A stretch of 64,000 nucleotides of DNA from Podarcis pityusensis (Eukaryota), in the NCBI GenBank assembly GCA_964106645.2, contig OZ067038.1; one strand, 5' to 3'. Both the position numbers and the translations under genes were made by a program. The notes under the pieces were generated by a model. The model was not told where the DNA came from. It saw only the letters and a list, made by a program, of their open reading frames with translations, and searched no databases. This document shows positions 48,425 to 61,748 of this stretch, piece after piece; position 1 is the first letter of the stretch, and each line of letters starts with the position of its first letter.

Positions 48425-50932
48425 ATTGTTGTTATGCTGGTGCTCTTTGGTAGGTGAGATGGCTCTTCTGGGCGGGATGTCTCATCAGTCGCCTAGACAA
48501 GCAGAAGGATGGTGAGGCGCTGGAGCTGTGCCACCTGTGCCTCAGCACACCCTTCAGCACGCTCCAGTGTAAGGCTTTTTAAACTGCAGGGACAGCAGTT
48601 TCCTACAGGCGAGTAGGTGGGTGTGTTGCTGTGACAGGTGACTGCTGTTTCCTCCTTCTCTCAATGCCCCATTGCAGAAAAGAGGCTGAGGCAACACCCG
48701 GCTTCGCGAAAGAGGTGGGAAGAGCCCCATGCTAGGGTGCATACACTGGGCAGCATAGATAGGTGTGTGCATATGTATTTCTAAGCCCCACCCCTCTGGG
48801 AAAACCTGAAGTCCGGGAAGAGGAAGGAAGGGCCATGGGCTGTGAAGAGAGCCCACAGATGGGGGTGGATAGAAGGGATTGTCTGGGGTGTAACTAAAAC
48901 TATGGTTTAACGTTTGCCTCCCTGCTCTGGAGCAACCTTCCCCAATAGAATGCGGTCCATGTTTTGGATGACAACTCTCATCAGTCCCAGCCAGCGCAGC
49001 ACAGGGAAAGGGCCTAGGGTCTATGTGCAGATGGGCTCAGGTTCAAGCTTTAGCATCCACAAGTAGGATTGGGAGAACTTCCTGCCTGAAACTCTGGAGA
49101 GCTGCTGCTAATTGGTGCAGACAGTACTGAGCTAGATGGACCAATTTTCTGCAAGTGGGATCTTTATGTTCCTCTGGTCTCTTTCCTCCAAACAAGGTTC
49201 TGCTCATGCCCCCCGACCACCACCATGTGCACAGACCCATTGTTTGCCATTCTACTGCCATGCAGAAAGAAGTGGTGGCTCAGGATCTCTTCTGGTTAAA
49301 GGTCTGCTGCACATGCTGCCTCAAGTTGTGGACCCCATTCCTCACCCTCATTCTCCTTCTGTGCCCAGTCCAGGCTTGCCTCATGCCCATGTCCAAGATC
49401 CAAGCTCATGCATGTGTGGTAGTGTTTGTGCCGCAGTCCAACACTTGTGGCCCATTTCATTCATGGAGAGGCTCCTCTGAAAGGCTTTTTTTTTTTACTT
49501 GCGCAGCCGCAGCCCGGCAGCGTTTGGCACATATACAAAGAGAAAGAGAGGACAAAACAAAGAAAAACGAGAGTGCAAGGTTTCTGTGGTGACAACAGTG
49601 GCGATTGGTGACAGAAACATGCAGTTTCTCCATGAAGGAGAGGCTTTTCTGAGCTGTGCTGGACCCTCCCTTGCCCCCATCCTGAAACAGATGGTGAATC
49701 TTCCCTGCTCCTGTCCCCTTAAAGATGGAGACACTGACTCACAGCCCCACCTCCCACACGATAGATAACAAGGAGACAAGCTCCAAATGTGGGGGCCACC
49801 ACACTTTGACAGGGTCCTGTGCAGGGGGACACTCCCACCCCAGCTCTTTGAGGCTAGGTAGGGTAGAAAAGGGTGACACCCATCCCCAGGCATGGGCCTG
49901 AAGGGAAAGATACGAAGACTGCAGGACCCTCTCCCCCCAACCCTGGGTCCAGCAGAGCTCTTCAGGCCCAACTCTTTGTCAATAATAAATTAATACAAAT
50001 AACTGCAACAAGAATATGTACATGGATGTTCCCCCCAGTCCCAGTCCCCTGACTACCCTGACCCTCACTCCAAAATGAGGAACAGGGGGAAGGGGAAGTA
50101 GGAGGGGGGTATCGAAAAGGCTCATTGCCTGGATACCAGCCGAATGCCCCATACTTGCTCCAGCTCCACCTCACACACGCTCACACACTCACACTTGCAC
50201 ACTTCAACAGTTAGACAGCCCAGCCCAGGTGGCCCAGATGCCCACCCCTCCCTCCTCCCTTCCCTCCTTGAGTTGCCCATTCAAACAGTATGCCAGGCAC
50301 TGGTATGGGCAAGGGGCCCGGGGCCCAGAGGACCCCATTTCCCTGAGCTGGCTGCCCCAGCCAGACTAGAGTGAACTGAGTCAAATCCTACCACTTGTGC
50401 CCTGAAATAGTCCTTGCGGGGGTCAGTTCAGGCAAAGACAAAGCTCCAGGACAAGGAGTGGGTCCATCGTGTGGCAAGACAACAGCACAGGAACACCCCG
50501 TTGGCCACTCCATCTATGAGTCACTCCAACAGTGGTGGGTGGGGAATGTTGACAGTTCCTTGTCATTTTCATGCAGGCGATTGGCTCTTTCCTTTTCACC
50601 CTTCACTGCACCCCGCAGTCCTGGCTCGGGTGGGTTAGCAACCAGGTCTCTCTTCAGCCCTTTGCCCCAAGCACCTGCTCATGTACGCTTTCCTTGCCCC
50701 TTGTTGCAGGGCAGCTTAGCTGGAGCCAGAGTTGCACTGGGGAGAATTCCGCATATCCTTGCAGTGTGAGAGAAACTGGGCTACAACTGCATGTCCAGGC
50801 CAGGTCTACGAATGCCAGCAAAGAGTATCTGCAAGTCCTCACGGAAACACAGGCGCTAGGCTAAGCCCACACGGCCTGACCTGCGTGACCGTGCGAGGGC
50901 AGCGTCCTTGTGACCTGGCGGGAGGTGCTGCA

Positions 50933-51079
50933 CTATACCCGCATTGCAGGGCCAGAGCCCGTTGTCAGGGGCACGGTGGAGCCACAGTCATAGTCAATGT
51001 CAATGGCGGCATGAGCGTTGGCCAGGAGGCTGTTGAGAGAGGATCCCGTCTGCCGCTCCCGGAAGCTCTGTATGTAGCT
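50933..51079 (-). CDS. TMEM198: TMEM198 last coding exon ([15 protein letters not shown]...GPAMRV*); total CDS 1077 nt, 358 aa
   Basis: ttgtag|AGC TAC ATA CAG; TAG ends at 50933; not in the ORF track because it has no start codon. Confidence 0.95.
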   Translation of the reverse strand, partial: SYIQSFRERQTGSSLNSLLANAHAAIDIDYDCGSTVPLTTGSGPAMRV

Positions 51080-52545
51080 CTACAAGGAGGAGGAAAGCAG
51101 AAGATGAGGGTGCTGCCTCCATCCCCCATCTGTGATTGAAACTTCCCTGTGTGGAAGGACTTGCCTGTGACTTGCTCCTGAGTGCTTTGGGCAGGTCCAG
51201 CCTCTTCCCACCTCAATTCCTGGGACAAGGCCCTTCCTAATGGCTGCCAAATCACCCTCTCCTTGCAAGTAACCAAGAACCAGCTGTTCTTCCACACAAT
51301 GCCTTGAGATGTAATAGGATTTATTTTCTCCCACATCTACTGGAAAGGGCTCATAGTGCTTCCTGGGGTAGGGGTAGTGAGGAGCTTCTGGTCCTGCTGG
51401 AAATGACTGCTAGGGAGGCTGAGGTTTGCCTCTCTGTGCTGTGATCAGGAAAACTAAGGGCTGCAGTGAGGTGTGAACAGTAAAAGTGTGAACAGCAAAT
51501 GTGCATTATTAGACAGATAATCTGCATATGTCCAGAAGCCACAGACAGCCATTCAATATTCTATGGTGCCTGTCCATAAAAGTTTAAGAATGTGTGTCTG
51601 CCATTCACTCGTTCCATATTGGCCATACTGGGGCACTGTCAGAGCCCTGTTGCCTTGCAATTTTGAACAGATCACAATACCTTAGTTTTCTACAAAGCTC
51701 AACACCCTAGTACAGGGAGGGTGCCACAACAGAGCACAGCTTGTCCCAGGCTATTTGTACTTGGGAAGACTTTGGGAATGAATTGATGAGAGACTTACTG
51801 GATGTATGCATTGGCTGGCATAGTTAAGCATGTTCACTTTCATTTAAAGATCACCCTGTTCTTCTACTATGTCATGAGAAAGTCACTGCCTTTCCCCCGC
51901 ATCAATTAGCAAAGCTCCCCAAGGACCACCTGACAACACTATTTGTACTAGGCAGAGAATCCTCCATGGGTTGAGGAGAACTTCCAGAGACACACAAATA
52001 AAAGGTTAAGAGACACAGAGCTCTGCTTTTGGATCCCAACTGAAACTGCCAAATGTAGAGCAAAAAGCAGAACTTGGACAAAGTTTCTCTACCCATCTTC
52101 CCTCCATATATGTTATGCCATGGTGTTCTTGTCTCGCACTGGGCTTCCTGCATATAGAGGCATCAATGGGGGTGGGAGTGGCCAACAGTGCTGGGAGTCC
52201 CACTGAACTGTTTCCCTGCTCCTCTCTCTATGGGAATTCCATACAGATAGTCCGTATGAATGGAGTGTGAGAAGCAAAGGGTGCAGAAGCCAGAGACACT
52301 TCTGTCCTATACAGATGGGTTTCTGAATGTGGGAAGCATGACTGACAGGGCTGGCTCTTAAGGCGGAAGTGTGTCACTGATGATCCAAAAGCAAAGGAAA
52401 CAAAGCAGGAAAGCCTGGAGGAACAGAACTGGGAGCAAGTTGACTCCCATCAGTCTTTACCCCTAGGGAGCTGGATTCTTTGCAGTGTAATACATACAAT
52501 CCCACCACCCTAGCCCTGTGCAGGAGGGCACTGGCATTGACTCAC

Positions 52546-52736
52546 TGGGGAGAGCACATCCCCATCAAATCGGCGCACAGGATTAGGCTTGCGACGGTAG
52601 GCAGGCTCCGGTGGGTGGGCCTTGTGTTGCACGTGGGGATGGGGGTGTGGCCGCCTCTTCTTCTTCTTCTCCTTGCGCTCTTCTCGTTGCTTGATCCGCA
52701 TCAGCTGAACACGGCGCTGCTGCCGACTAATAATCA
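52546..52736 (-). CDS. TMEM198: TMEM198 coding exon 3 ([17 protein letters not shown]...RFDGDVLSP)
   Basis: cccag| and |gtgagt, 191 nt, phase 1-0. Confidence 0.96.
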
Positions 52737-53555
52737 CTGGGGGGGGGAGGGAGGGAGGGAGGGGCAGGAGAGAGAAGAGAAGGGGTTGTGGTCAGAAGGG
52801 GTGGCCCAAGGTACCAAGCAGATGCCACTACTGGAATGCTTTGCTGTGGGATGAAGTGAAAGCCAAAAGCCGAGTTGGGATACCACCTCCCATAACCAGG
52901 TAAATTCATAATTGGCAGAGCCAACATGAAGTATTAGGTGTGGTGACTGGGGAATGCACCTGTAGCCTCAAGGTGCAAAGTTCCAAACCATTTTTATTCC
53001 AGGAAGCTGCCACTGAGATAAATGAGGTGCCAGCACATATAGCAGCATTTGCTACCTAAGGGAACTAGCCTCCTTTCACTACAGCAGAAATCTCAAGGTG
53101 GCTGAGCATGATTCATGCTTTTCATACAAGGCATCACCTGCTAACAGGTTTGTTGCAACTACTGTATATCTGTTTGGATGCAATATGTAGTTTAGCCCTC
53201 AGAGAAAAGAGGTACCCTCTGTATGTACCCTCTGTAACTCGGAATAAGGGTTCAAAGCATTAATTGGTTAATTTCTGCTAAATTCTTAAAAACAGATAAA
53301 AAATAATCCTCAATTGAATTGTTAGGGGGCAGACTTGTGTGTCTTCTCCCCTCTCCCTCAGCCAAATTTGTGGAAAAGGGAACTTCAAGATGGCTCCCAG
53401 TTTATAACCATAGCTGGGACACAGCCTGTCTTCCTGGCTGAAATCACTAAGGTTTTCCTTCTGGCAATAAGAACCACAGGCAAGTGAAGATGACAGTTCA
53501 AATTTTACACCAATGTCCACCCCCCTTCCTACCCACCCTGCTGCACCACACTCAC

Positions 53556-54131
53556 CTTCTGTGTGGGAATATCCCTCTGCCGTGACTTTCCACTGCACCA
53601 GGACGCCCAACAATGCTAGGACTGGCCAAGTGCCCAAGATGACCCAGCTGTACCAGCAGATGGGCCGGGCAGGAGCTACCTTGACGCGCTCGTAAACGTA
53701 CTGCAGCAGCAGGAAGAGCTCAACAAAGTAGTCGGCGGTGGCGGTCATGACGGCACTGCCGAAGACAGCGGTGGAGAGCGTGGTGAAGAGGCGCTGCCAC
53801 TGCAAGGTGAGCACTGCACACAGCATGCCCACGCCGAGCAGCAGACCGATGGGGATCCAGACGGTAGGCGGGTGGTAGAACTGCTCCATCACCACCAGCG
53901 CAGCCACCGCCAGCAGCAGCCCCAGCAGCAGCCCGACCATGAAGAGCCCAACGCTGCGCACAAGCATGGTCACCAGCCCACAAAGCACCCCGATGCCCAG
54001 CCCGATGCCCACGGAGGCCTCAACGCTCAGCTGGGTGTCCAGCACCCGCTCTTTGTAGCACAGCATGAAGATGATCACGGAGCCAAACATCAGTCCGGTC
54101 AGGAACATCACCGCCTTGAAGCATCGGTACC
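53556..54131 (-). CDS. TMEM198: TMEM198 coding exon 2, multi-pass TM region ([13 protein letters not shown]...[13 protein letters not shown])
   Basis: ctcag| and |gtgagt, 576 nt, phase 1-1. Confidence 0.97.
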
Positions 54132-54337
54132 CTGAGGAAAGGAAGAAATGGATGCTAGCGGCTGTTGCTGCAGTCAGGAGCACGGGACGGGTTGCCCATC
54201 TGTTTGGTTGAGCAGGACAGGCTATCCACATTCATTTGAGCTACCTGCACTGAAAGTCCTGGCCTCTGACTTAGGAGGCTCACGCAGAATACCTACACAA
54301 TGTCCTACACTTACACACAGAGAAAGATACTCTGTGC

Positions 54338-54338
<1 letters not shown>

Positions 54339-54374
<36 letters not shown>

Positions 54375-55092
54375 TTATTATTTGTACCCCGCCCATCTGG
54401 CTGGGTTTCCCCAGCCACTCTGGGTGGCTTACATAGAAACCAAAAATACAGTAAAATATCACAGATTAAAAACTTCCCTGAACAGGGCTGCCTTAAGATG
54501 TCTTCTAAATGTCAGGTAGTTATTTATCGCTTTGACATCTGATGGGAGGGTGTTCCACAGGGCGGGCGCCACTACCAAGAAGGCCCTCTGCCTGGTTCCC
54601 TGTAGCTTTGCTTCTCGCAATGAGGGAACTGCCAGAAGGCCCTCGGCGCTGGACCTCAGCGTCCGGGCAGAACGATGGGGGTGGAGACGCTCCTTCAGGT
54701 ATACTGGGCCGAGGCCGTTTAGGGCTTTAAAGGTCAACACCAGCACTTTGAATTGTGCTCGGAAACGTACTGGGAGCCAATGTAGGTCTTTCAAGACCGG
54801 TGTTATGTGGTCTCGGCGGCCGCCCCCAGTCACCAGTCTAGCTGCCGCATTCTGGATTAGTTGTAGTTTCCGAGTCACCTTCAAAGGTAGCCCCACATAG
54901 AGCGCATTGCAGTAGTCCAAGTGGGAGATAACTAGAGCATGCACCACTCTGGCGAGACAGTCCGTGGGCAGGTAGGGTCTCAGCCTGCGTACCAGGTGGA
55001 GTTGGTAGACAGCTGCCCTGGATACAGAATTGACCTGCACCTCCATGGACAGCTGTGAGTCCAAAATGACTCCCAGGCTGCGCACCTGGTCC
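54339..55092 (-). mobile_element. 5'-truncated young L2 LINE in TMEM198 intron; uninterrupted 208-aa ORF2 C-terminus
   Basis: LGVILDSQLS..LVHALVISHLDYCNALY..LQLIQNAAARLV..HITPVLKDLHWLPV; (ATT)n tail. Confidence 0.92.
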
Positions 55093-55849
55093 TTATATCA
55101 CAAAGGCTGGGGAGTCCTAATATCCAGGGCTTCAAAGAGCATGCTGCCTTACATGAGCATTCACCACACTCCCAACTGATCTGTGTAATGCATAAGTGAA
55201 TGCACAGCAGTGTCTCAGGGAAAACAGTGCTAGCTTTTTCTCCTGGGACGCTGATGCGGTTAGCAAAGGAGCCCCGTTATGCAGTCTGGAAAACCAATAC
55301 TAGTTACTGTAAGTCACATGGACTGGCAAGGACCCATACAGGCTAAAGCACCCACTTGGGTGTATTCTGTAGAATCAAAAGCATTAACACAGCTCTCTGC
55401 TGTTGGAACAGCTTGGAATTACATTAGGTTTATTTATTTTTTTCCATATCAAACTGTTAGCATATTGCATATCAAAATTATAATGATTAAAATACAAATC
55501 AACCCCCTCCCTTGTTTAGTGCATTAGGTGTTGAACAGGGAGGGCTAATAGAGCAAGCTAGCAGTAAGCTACAAAAAGTGGGAACCTGCCTTTTCCATCT
55601 CCCAATAGCCTCATCCTAAACATGCATATTCAAAAATGCCCCCATATTTTTGAGTGCAAGCTCAAGCGTGAGTCCCACTTCATGCCTGTTGTAGACATAC
55701 TGTGACACAGGGTTGGCTTTGAGTGGAATGGGCTCCCTGGGCCTCATAAGGGCACTCAGTTCATTGATCTCCTTTGCCCCCATGCCTCAGCTCAAACTGT
55801 CCTCCGGGCACCTAGGACAGCACACAGACCCACCCAAACCCTTTCTCAC

Positions 55850-56012
55850 CAAAGAAGCAGTAGATGATCCCAAAGAGGCAGCACATGGCGCAGACCACCG
55901 AGGGTACCACTTGGTAGCGCCGCTCAATCTCCTCCTCACAGCTGTATGTCCAGTCTTGGTTTGGCACGTGCGGCAGCAGCGGGAAACGCAGGGTCTGTAC
56001 TGTTGACGTCAT
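55850..56012 (-). CDS. TMEM198: TMEM198 first coding exon (MTSTVQTLRFPLLP...CCLFGIIYCFF)
   Basis: Matches the recalled TMEM198 N-terminus; donor G|gtgaga; likely acceptor at 56101 after (CT)n. Confidence 0.95.
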
Positions 56013-57261
56013 GGCTCTTCAGGGTCTCCTGGGGCAATGTCAGGCTCCCCACTCCCTCCCCGTCACCTGCGGGGGATGCTGTCTCATGGCATTGCTTCCA
56101 TCTGTGGAGAGAGAGAGAGAGAGATTGAGGGCGGATGGGACAAAAAAGGTGAGACCTGAAGGCATAACGTATTCCGCACTTTGCAGGGCTGTTCCACTCA
56201 TTAAGAAACAACTCCCACTTTTCTGGAGGCTGCAATGAGGGTTTTAAAAAAAGTGACGAGATTAGAGATGGGAACACCCACTAACTCCCTGGGCCCCAAG
56301 CCAAGTCCAACTAGTCATTCCTGGCAGGCAAAAAGATGGTTTGAGTGTTGGCAATATATTATGCAAGGGGCAGAGCAGGCCAAGCATCCTAGCTGGGCCT
56401 CTAGGATTCCCGTTGATCTTTCTCCACCTCTGTCCCAGGAGTACCAATCTCACTGAGTCACCCCAGCCTCAGCCTGCCAGGGAGCTTAGCAGCATATTCC
56501 ATGTCGGAATGGAATCAGAGCAATGCTGGGAGGAAGAGGAGGGCGCTGAGCAAGGGATGGGACAACAACAACTTTCCAAAATGGAAAAGTGGGGTGGCGG
56601 GGGGGGGGAGAAATGTGGCTATAAAGAGAATCGCCACCGTATGGTCTCCACGGCAACCGAGCAAAGAACAGATGATACTTTTAGCAACGCACATGCTCCC
56701 CCACTTCCAACACTCACCCCCACCCCACCTTCTTCCTCAAAGAACCTGTGGGGTAGGAGAATGAGTCACCAAAGAGGGAGATGTAGCAGTTCGGGAAAGC
56801 ATCTGCCAGAGATTTGAGTTTCATTAACCCTGTGTGCAGGATGGCTGGCTGGCTGGCTGAGAGCAGCTCTGAAGACAAAGGAGGACTGGTTAGTCGGCTG
56901 AAGCATCTTCCTTCTTCTTTACCTCTGATGTTCAGCCTTGGAAAGCAGCTGCAAGTGCGGATTAGAGAGTCCCTGAGTGCTGTTGTAGGCTACAGCACTG
57001 TCCGCACCCCAACCCCTCCCCATTTCCTCATTTCTGGTGGATTGCAGGCTGGAAGGCACAACAGAGAAAAGCCTTTTGTGTTAGTTCTCCATTGCTCACA
57101 CATGCTCAGATCCGTCCAGCACGAACCAAGCCCTCCCCACTCCAGCAGCCCCCAAGTAAGAAAGGACAGGACACTCTAATGATGCAACTGGGGTTGGGGG
57201 TGGGGTGTTTCTGAACCCACTTCCAGACAGGTGAGGTTTTTGGAAATATTGTAGCTAATGT

Positions 57262-57365
57262 TTAGGGAAGTTTTTAATATTTAATGCTGTATTGTTTTTA
57301 ACACTCGATTGGGAGCCGCCCAGAGTGGCTGGGGAAACTCAGCCAGATGGGTGGGGTATAAATAA

Positions 57366-57403
<38 letters not shown>

Positions 57404-57417
57404 TACTACTACTACTA
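57262..57417 (+). mobile_element. L2 LINE 3'UTR with (ATT)n(ACT)n tail
   Basis: Same 3'UTR and hairpin as the copies at 2760 and 54370. Confidence 0.8.
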
Positions 57418-57559
57418 ATGTCCCCTCTCACACCCTAGCACAGAAGAGCTGTGTTTGCAGGGTAGGGGCTCAGTGGCATGGGGATGGGTGAGGAGACTTT
57501 AAGAAAGCGTGGCTGGAGACTTGTAGCCCACAAGCAGGTCTGGAGCCTGGGAAATCTCA

Positions 57560-57840
57560 TCCCAACGTGCGCGCGTCCCCCTCCCCGCCGCCTCTGTCTG
57601 TCTGCATGTCTGTCTGTCTGCCATTCCCCCCTCCCCGCTGACGCCAGCACCAATGGCCGCTAGTACTGAAAGCATGCTGCCTACGGATTGGTGCACTCTC
57701 TGTTGCTAAGGAAAACAAGTCATTTTCCCATTGGATGCTGAGAAATTACCAAACGCCGGCCTTCTCCTCGGCTATATCTTTTTCGCTTTGTTTCAGCAAC
57801 TCGGCTTTTTCCTCACGAAGCCCCGCCCGCTCTTGGAATG
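57560..57840. promoter_or_regulatory. Candidate alternative promoter in TMEM198 intron 1
   Basis: Local CpG enrichment; TGACG at 57639; CCAAT boxes at 57650, 57687 and 57730; RFX-like GTTGCTAAGG at 57702; GC box near 57822. Confidence 0.45.
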
Positions 57841-60800
57841 TTGCTTTACTTCTCTCTCACGGCCCCCCCCCCCTTGATTCGCTTCAGTTTTTATCCCACC
57901 TGCAACCTCCTCCCCCCCCCAAAAAAATTTGCAGTGTGCCAATGGCCCTTATTCCAAATATGTGTCCTCCCTGCTGGCCCCTCAGACCCTTGATAGCCCT
58001 CAAACATCCCCTGAAATCCCCACATTACAAATGGCAGAGATAAAAAGGGGCTATCACGCACACACTATTAGTGCAACCACAGACACAACTTGTGTCACAG
58101 AAGGACAGAACAGCTCATCCTGGTGCCACTTGCTTCCCACTCCCAAGTGGCTCCTGGCTTGGCAGGAACCAGTGACCCTTGTGACATGGAAAGGCCTGCC
58201 ATCAAGTTTGGGAGCTACAGATCCAGAAAAAGGCACTGCCTGAGAAGGACTGTGCTAACCCAGTTCTTATTCTTAGAAGGATCTAAGGTTTACTTTCATT
58301 CAAACAACAACAACAACATATAGAATATTTGATGTCAGCAAGTAAATCTTCTAGGTAGTGGGTTACACTGAGAATGGCTGACACTAAGAACTTTGGACTT
58401 TCCCCCTCCACAGCTCAACACACAGAGACAAAGCAACTTCAATTTCTGTTGTCACCTCAAGTCAAAGCTGCCCACTGTATGGAGAACGTACTCAGTCACT
58501 TGCCAATGGAAGCTTCACTGTGGTAGGCATGTAACCATTTGACAAGCTGGTCATCCATAACGTCATGCCATAGGCTTTAAAAGTTTATTAGACAGATCCA
58601 TGGAGGATATCAGTGGCTTCTGGCTTCATGTTGTGTCTCCAGTGTCGGAGACAATATGCCTTTGAATCCCAGTCACTGGGAATCGCAAGTGGGAAAGGTA
58701 CTATTGCACCCAGCTCCTGTTTGTGGACTTTCCATGGGCATCTGATCAGCCACTGTGAGAACAGGATGCTAGACCAGATGGGCCATTGACCTGATCCAGC
58801 AGGACTCTTCTTATGTTCTTATGCTATCAATGAAGACAATTCCCCCCACAGCCATTCCCTGTCAGAAATCTAGGGAAGCAATGGGAATAATGGACCCTCC
58901 TCACCACCTGGTAGAAGATCACAGATAACTGGCAAGGTTAATTGTTACATGGCCATCTGTATTCCCTCTGTATCATCACTATCTGGTTGATCATCGCCTC
59001 ATGATCTGCACATCAGTGAGTCATGTCACACAGTATTCAGACAAGCTGGATCAAGAGATGCAAAGTACTGTATACCAGTCACAGGAAAGTGATAATCAAA
59101 ACTAACAGAAAGTTGCTTTCCCACTTGTCTCTGCAGAAAACAGAGGGCTGCCTGACAGCAGTAAAATGGGCAAAATTAAGGCAGGCTCTTAACAAATGCA
59201 GAGTTAATAGCCACCCATTGGGATTTAAATTAGAGGTGTGCTGGGCTCATTCCCAACATCTACAGAATACCAGGTGCCATGTAGGATTTTCCATCAAGTA
59301 ACATCAGTGGGAAACTGACTGATCTGGAGGGAGGTTGATATACACCCACCTGCCATACAATCAGGAATGGTCTATGATAAATATTGTAACTGAGCCAGGT
59401 AATCCAGGCATCCTGGGTGGAGTAATACCCACAACTGTGGCCAATGTAGTTCCTCCTACAAACTTCTGTAGTCTATGTCATTAAAAACAGCTTCTAAATA
59501 TAACTGAAAATGTAAGAACATAAGACATATGGCAGATTAAACCAAAGCTCCATCTACAGTATCCCAGCATCCTGTGGCCAGCCAATGCCTCTTAGAAGCC
59601 CCAAAGCAGAACTGGAGGGCAACAGCCCTTTCCTGTTGTTTATTCCTAGCATTTAAGAATGTAAGAGCGGTCCTGCTGGATCAGACCTTAGGCCCATCAA
59701 GTCCAGCATCCAGATGCCCCAGGTAAGCCTGCAAGCAGTACCTGAGTACAACAGTGCCCTCTCTATTTGTGCTCCCTGGTGACATATTCAGAGGCATACT
59801 GCCTCCAACAGGGGAGGAAGAACATAGCCATCATGGCTATAACCCACTGATAGCATTATCCTCCATGAATTTGTCTAATCTTTTAAAGTGTGTTCTGAGG
59901 TATGCTGCCACTGAACATGTAAGCTGGTTTGGGGAAAGTGGAAGCAAAATGCTTGGTCCGTGTATGGAGTTTATGCCAGGATATCTTGTTGAACACTTTG
60001 CTCCTGGATTGGAATTCTGGTCCACTCTAATGAGTGTTTACTTAGAAATCCCATTTAATTCAAGTAAGTGCACATGGGATGGCAACTTTAAAATCAATAA
60101 AGCATTGCCACCATGTGGGTCTCAGAGCAAAAAATTGCTACTAAATGCAAAGTAGAATCATAGAACTGTAGAGCTAGAAAGGGATTCCTGAGAATCATCT
60201 AGTCCAATTCTAACCAACTTTTTGTTGGTATAGCAATATGCAAGATGTTGAACTAGTCATATCTGTATAACATGTAAGCTTGCATAGTTGAAGCTTGGTG
60301 AACACCTCAAAAGCCTCCACATTTCTACCATAACAAGATTCAATCAAAAGAAATCACTCACCTAGTTTATATCTCCGAAAATCACACAGATCCATGGAGC
60401 TGACACAAACAAACTGTCAGGCTCTTGTTCCCAAACAGCAACATTTGGCATCATGCCAGCAACTATCTGCCAAAATCATTCCAAACCTAAGTGTGGAAAA
60501 TCCAGCCCTTAACAGTTTATCTCTAGACAAGCTCCAATTTGTTTTTCTCTGTGGCACAGTCTTTCCAGCTCTCTCCCCCCCACTCCGCACCAAATCCCTG
60601 CCAGTTATTCTAATCTCCCTCTTTCCACGTGGTCCTGTTGCCTAGGGAGGAAGAAAGGCCAATGCAGTTCACAGCTAGCTAATGCCTGCTATGGGCCCAG
60701 AAGTAGCTCTGATACAGACACAGATACCTGTCCTGTAAGGAGGGACTCTCGATCTGTAAACCATGTTAAGAAGTGTGTATCTGAACAAACAAGGTTCTGC

Positions 60801-61708
60801 CCAGGCTGGCACCAGGTACCACAGCCTGTGACCTCTCCTCTCCTCTGTGGGAGCAGGGAAACTCAAACCTAGATACTTTTTAGTGTTTAATATATTTGAG
60901 TGTTGCTCCCCACCCCCAAGGCAGCTAGAGGAGAATCATGACCCTGCTGTGGGTTCCAGGCCAACTGGCTTAACTGCAGTCCAGGAATTGGATGAATTCC
61001 ATAGCGATTGAGGACAAGAGTGCCCACTTTCCCACAGGCTCTCTTCACGTGTGCCTATGCAACCCTTTTGCCCTCAACTAGAGCAAGGAGACTGACCTTT
61101 TCCTACAAATGTAATCTTGATTATTTCATAGGGAAGAGGAATAGGGAGGCAGAGGAACTTTCTTTATACCACTCCCTGGAAACCTGATTGGAGTATGTCT
61201 GGGATTGTCCTGGAAACCAGGCCACTCCACAAAGGAGCTGTGCCCAATACTGAAATCCTAGGTTCTCTCAGCAAGGGAAGTGATAAGAAAAGGTTGTGAC
61301 AATGTAGATTCTGCATGTGAAGTTTTAGGGAAAAAAGACAGAAGACACTATGAGGAGGATATGACAGCATGTTGTGGATTCTTACTTAGTAGGAGTGGGG
61401 TAAGGATAGTTGTGAAAGGACTAGGAAGACACTGCCTCACCTTTTGCTGCAGGATGCAGAAACATGAATAACCAAGCTGTTCCTATTTTAGGGGAAAGTG
61501 CCAGGGCACAATGTTATGCCAGGAACTTTTCTTCTGTGCTAGGGTTAGGCACACCTACTCTGATAGGATCTGTGTGCAATATGGAAGGGAATCCTTGGCG
61601 CCTTATCCTCTTCCTGCCACTGGGATTACTGTGACAGCTTGCTGAAAAGCTCCTAATGAGAGAATCCTATTAACCTGGGAGTAACCCAGGGGAGTGGTAG
61701 TACTTTGA

Positions 61709-61748
61709 GGAGTATCTGCAGGACAGGGCCCTGTCCTGCAGGTACTCC
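61709..61748. repeat. 40-bp loopless palindrome (19 of 20 pairs)
   Basis: GGAGTATCTGCAGGACAGGG|CCCTGTCCTGCAGGTACTCC. Confidence 0.9.
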
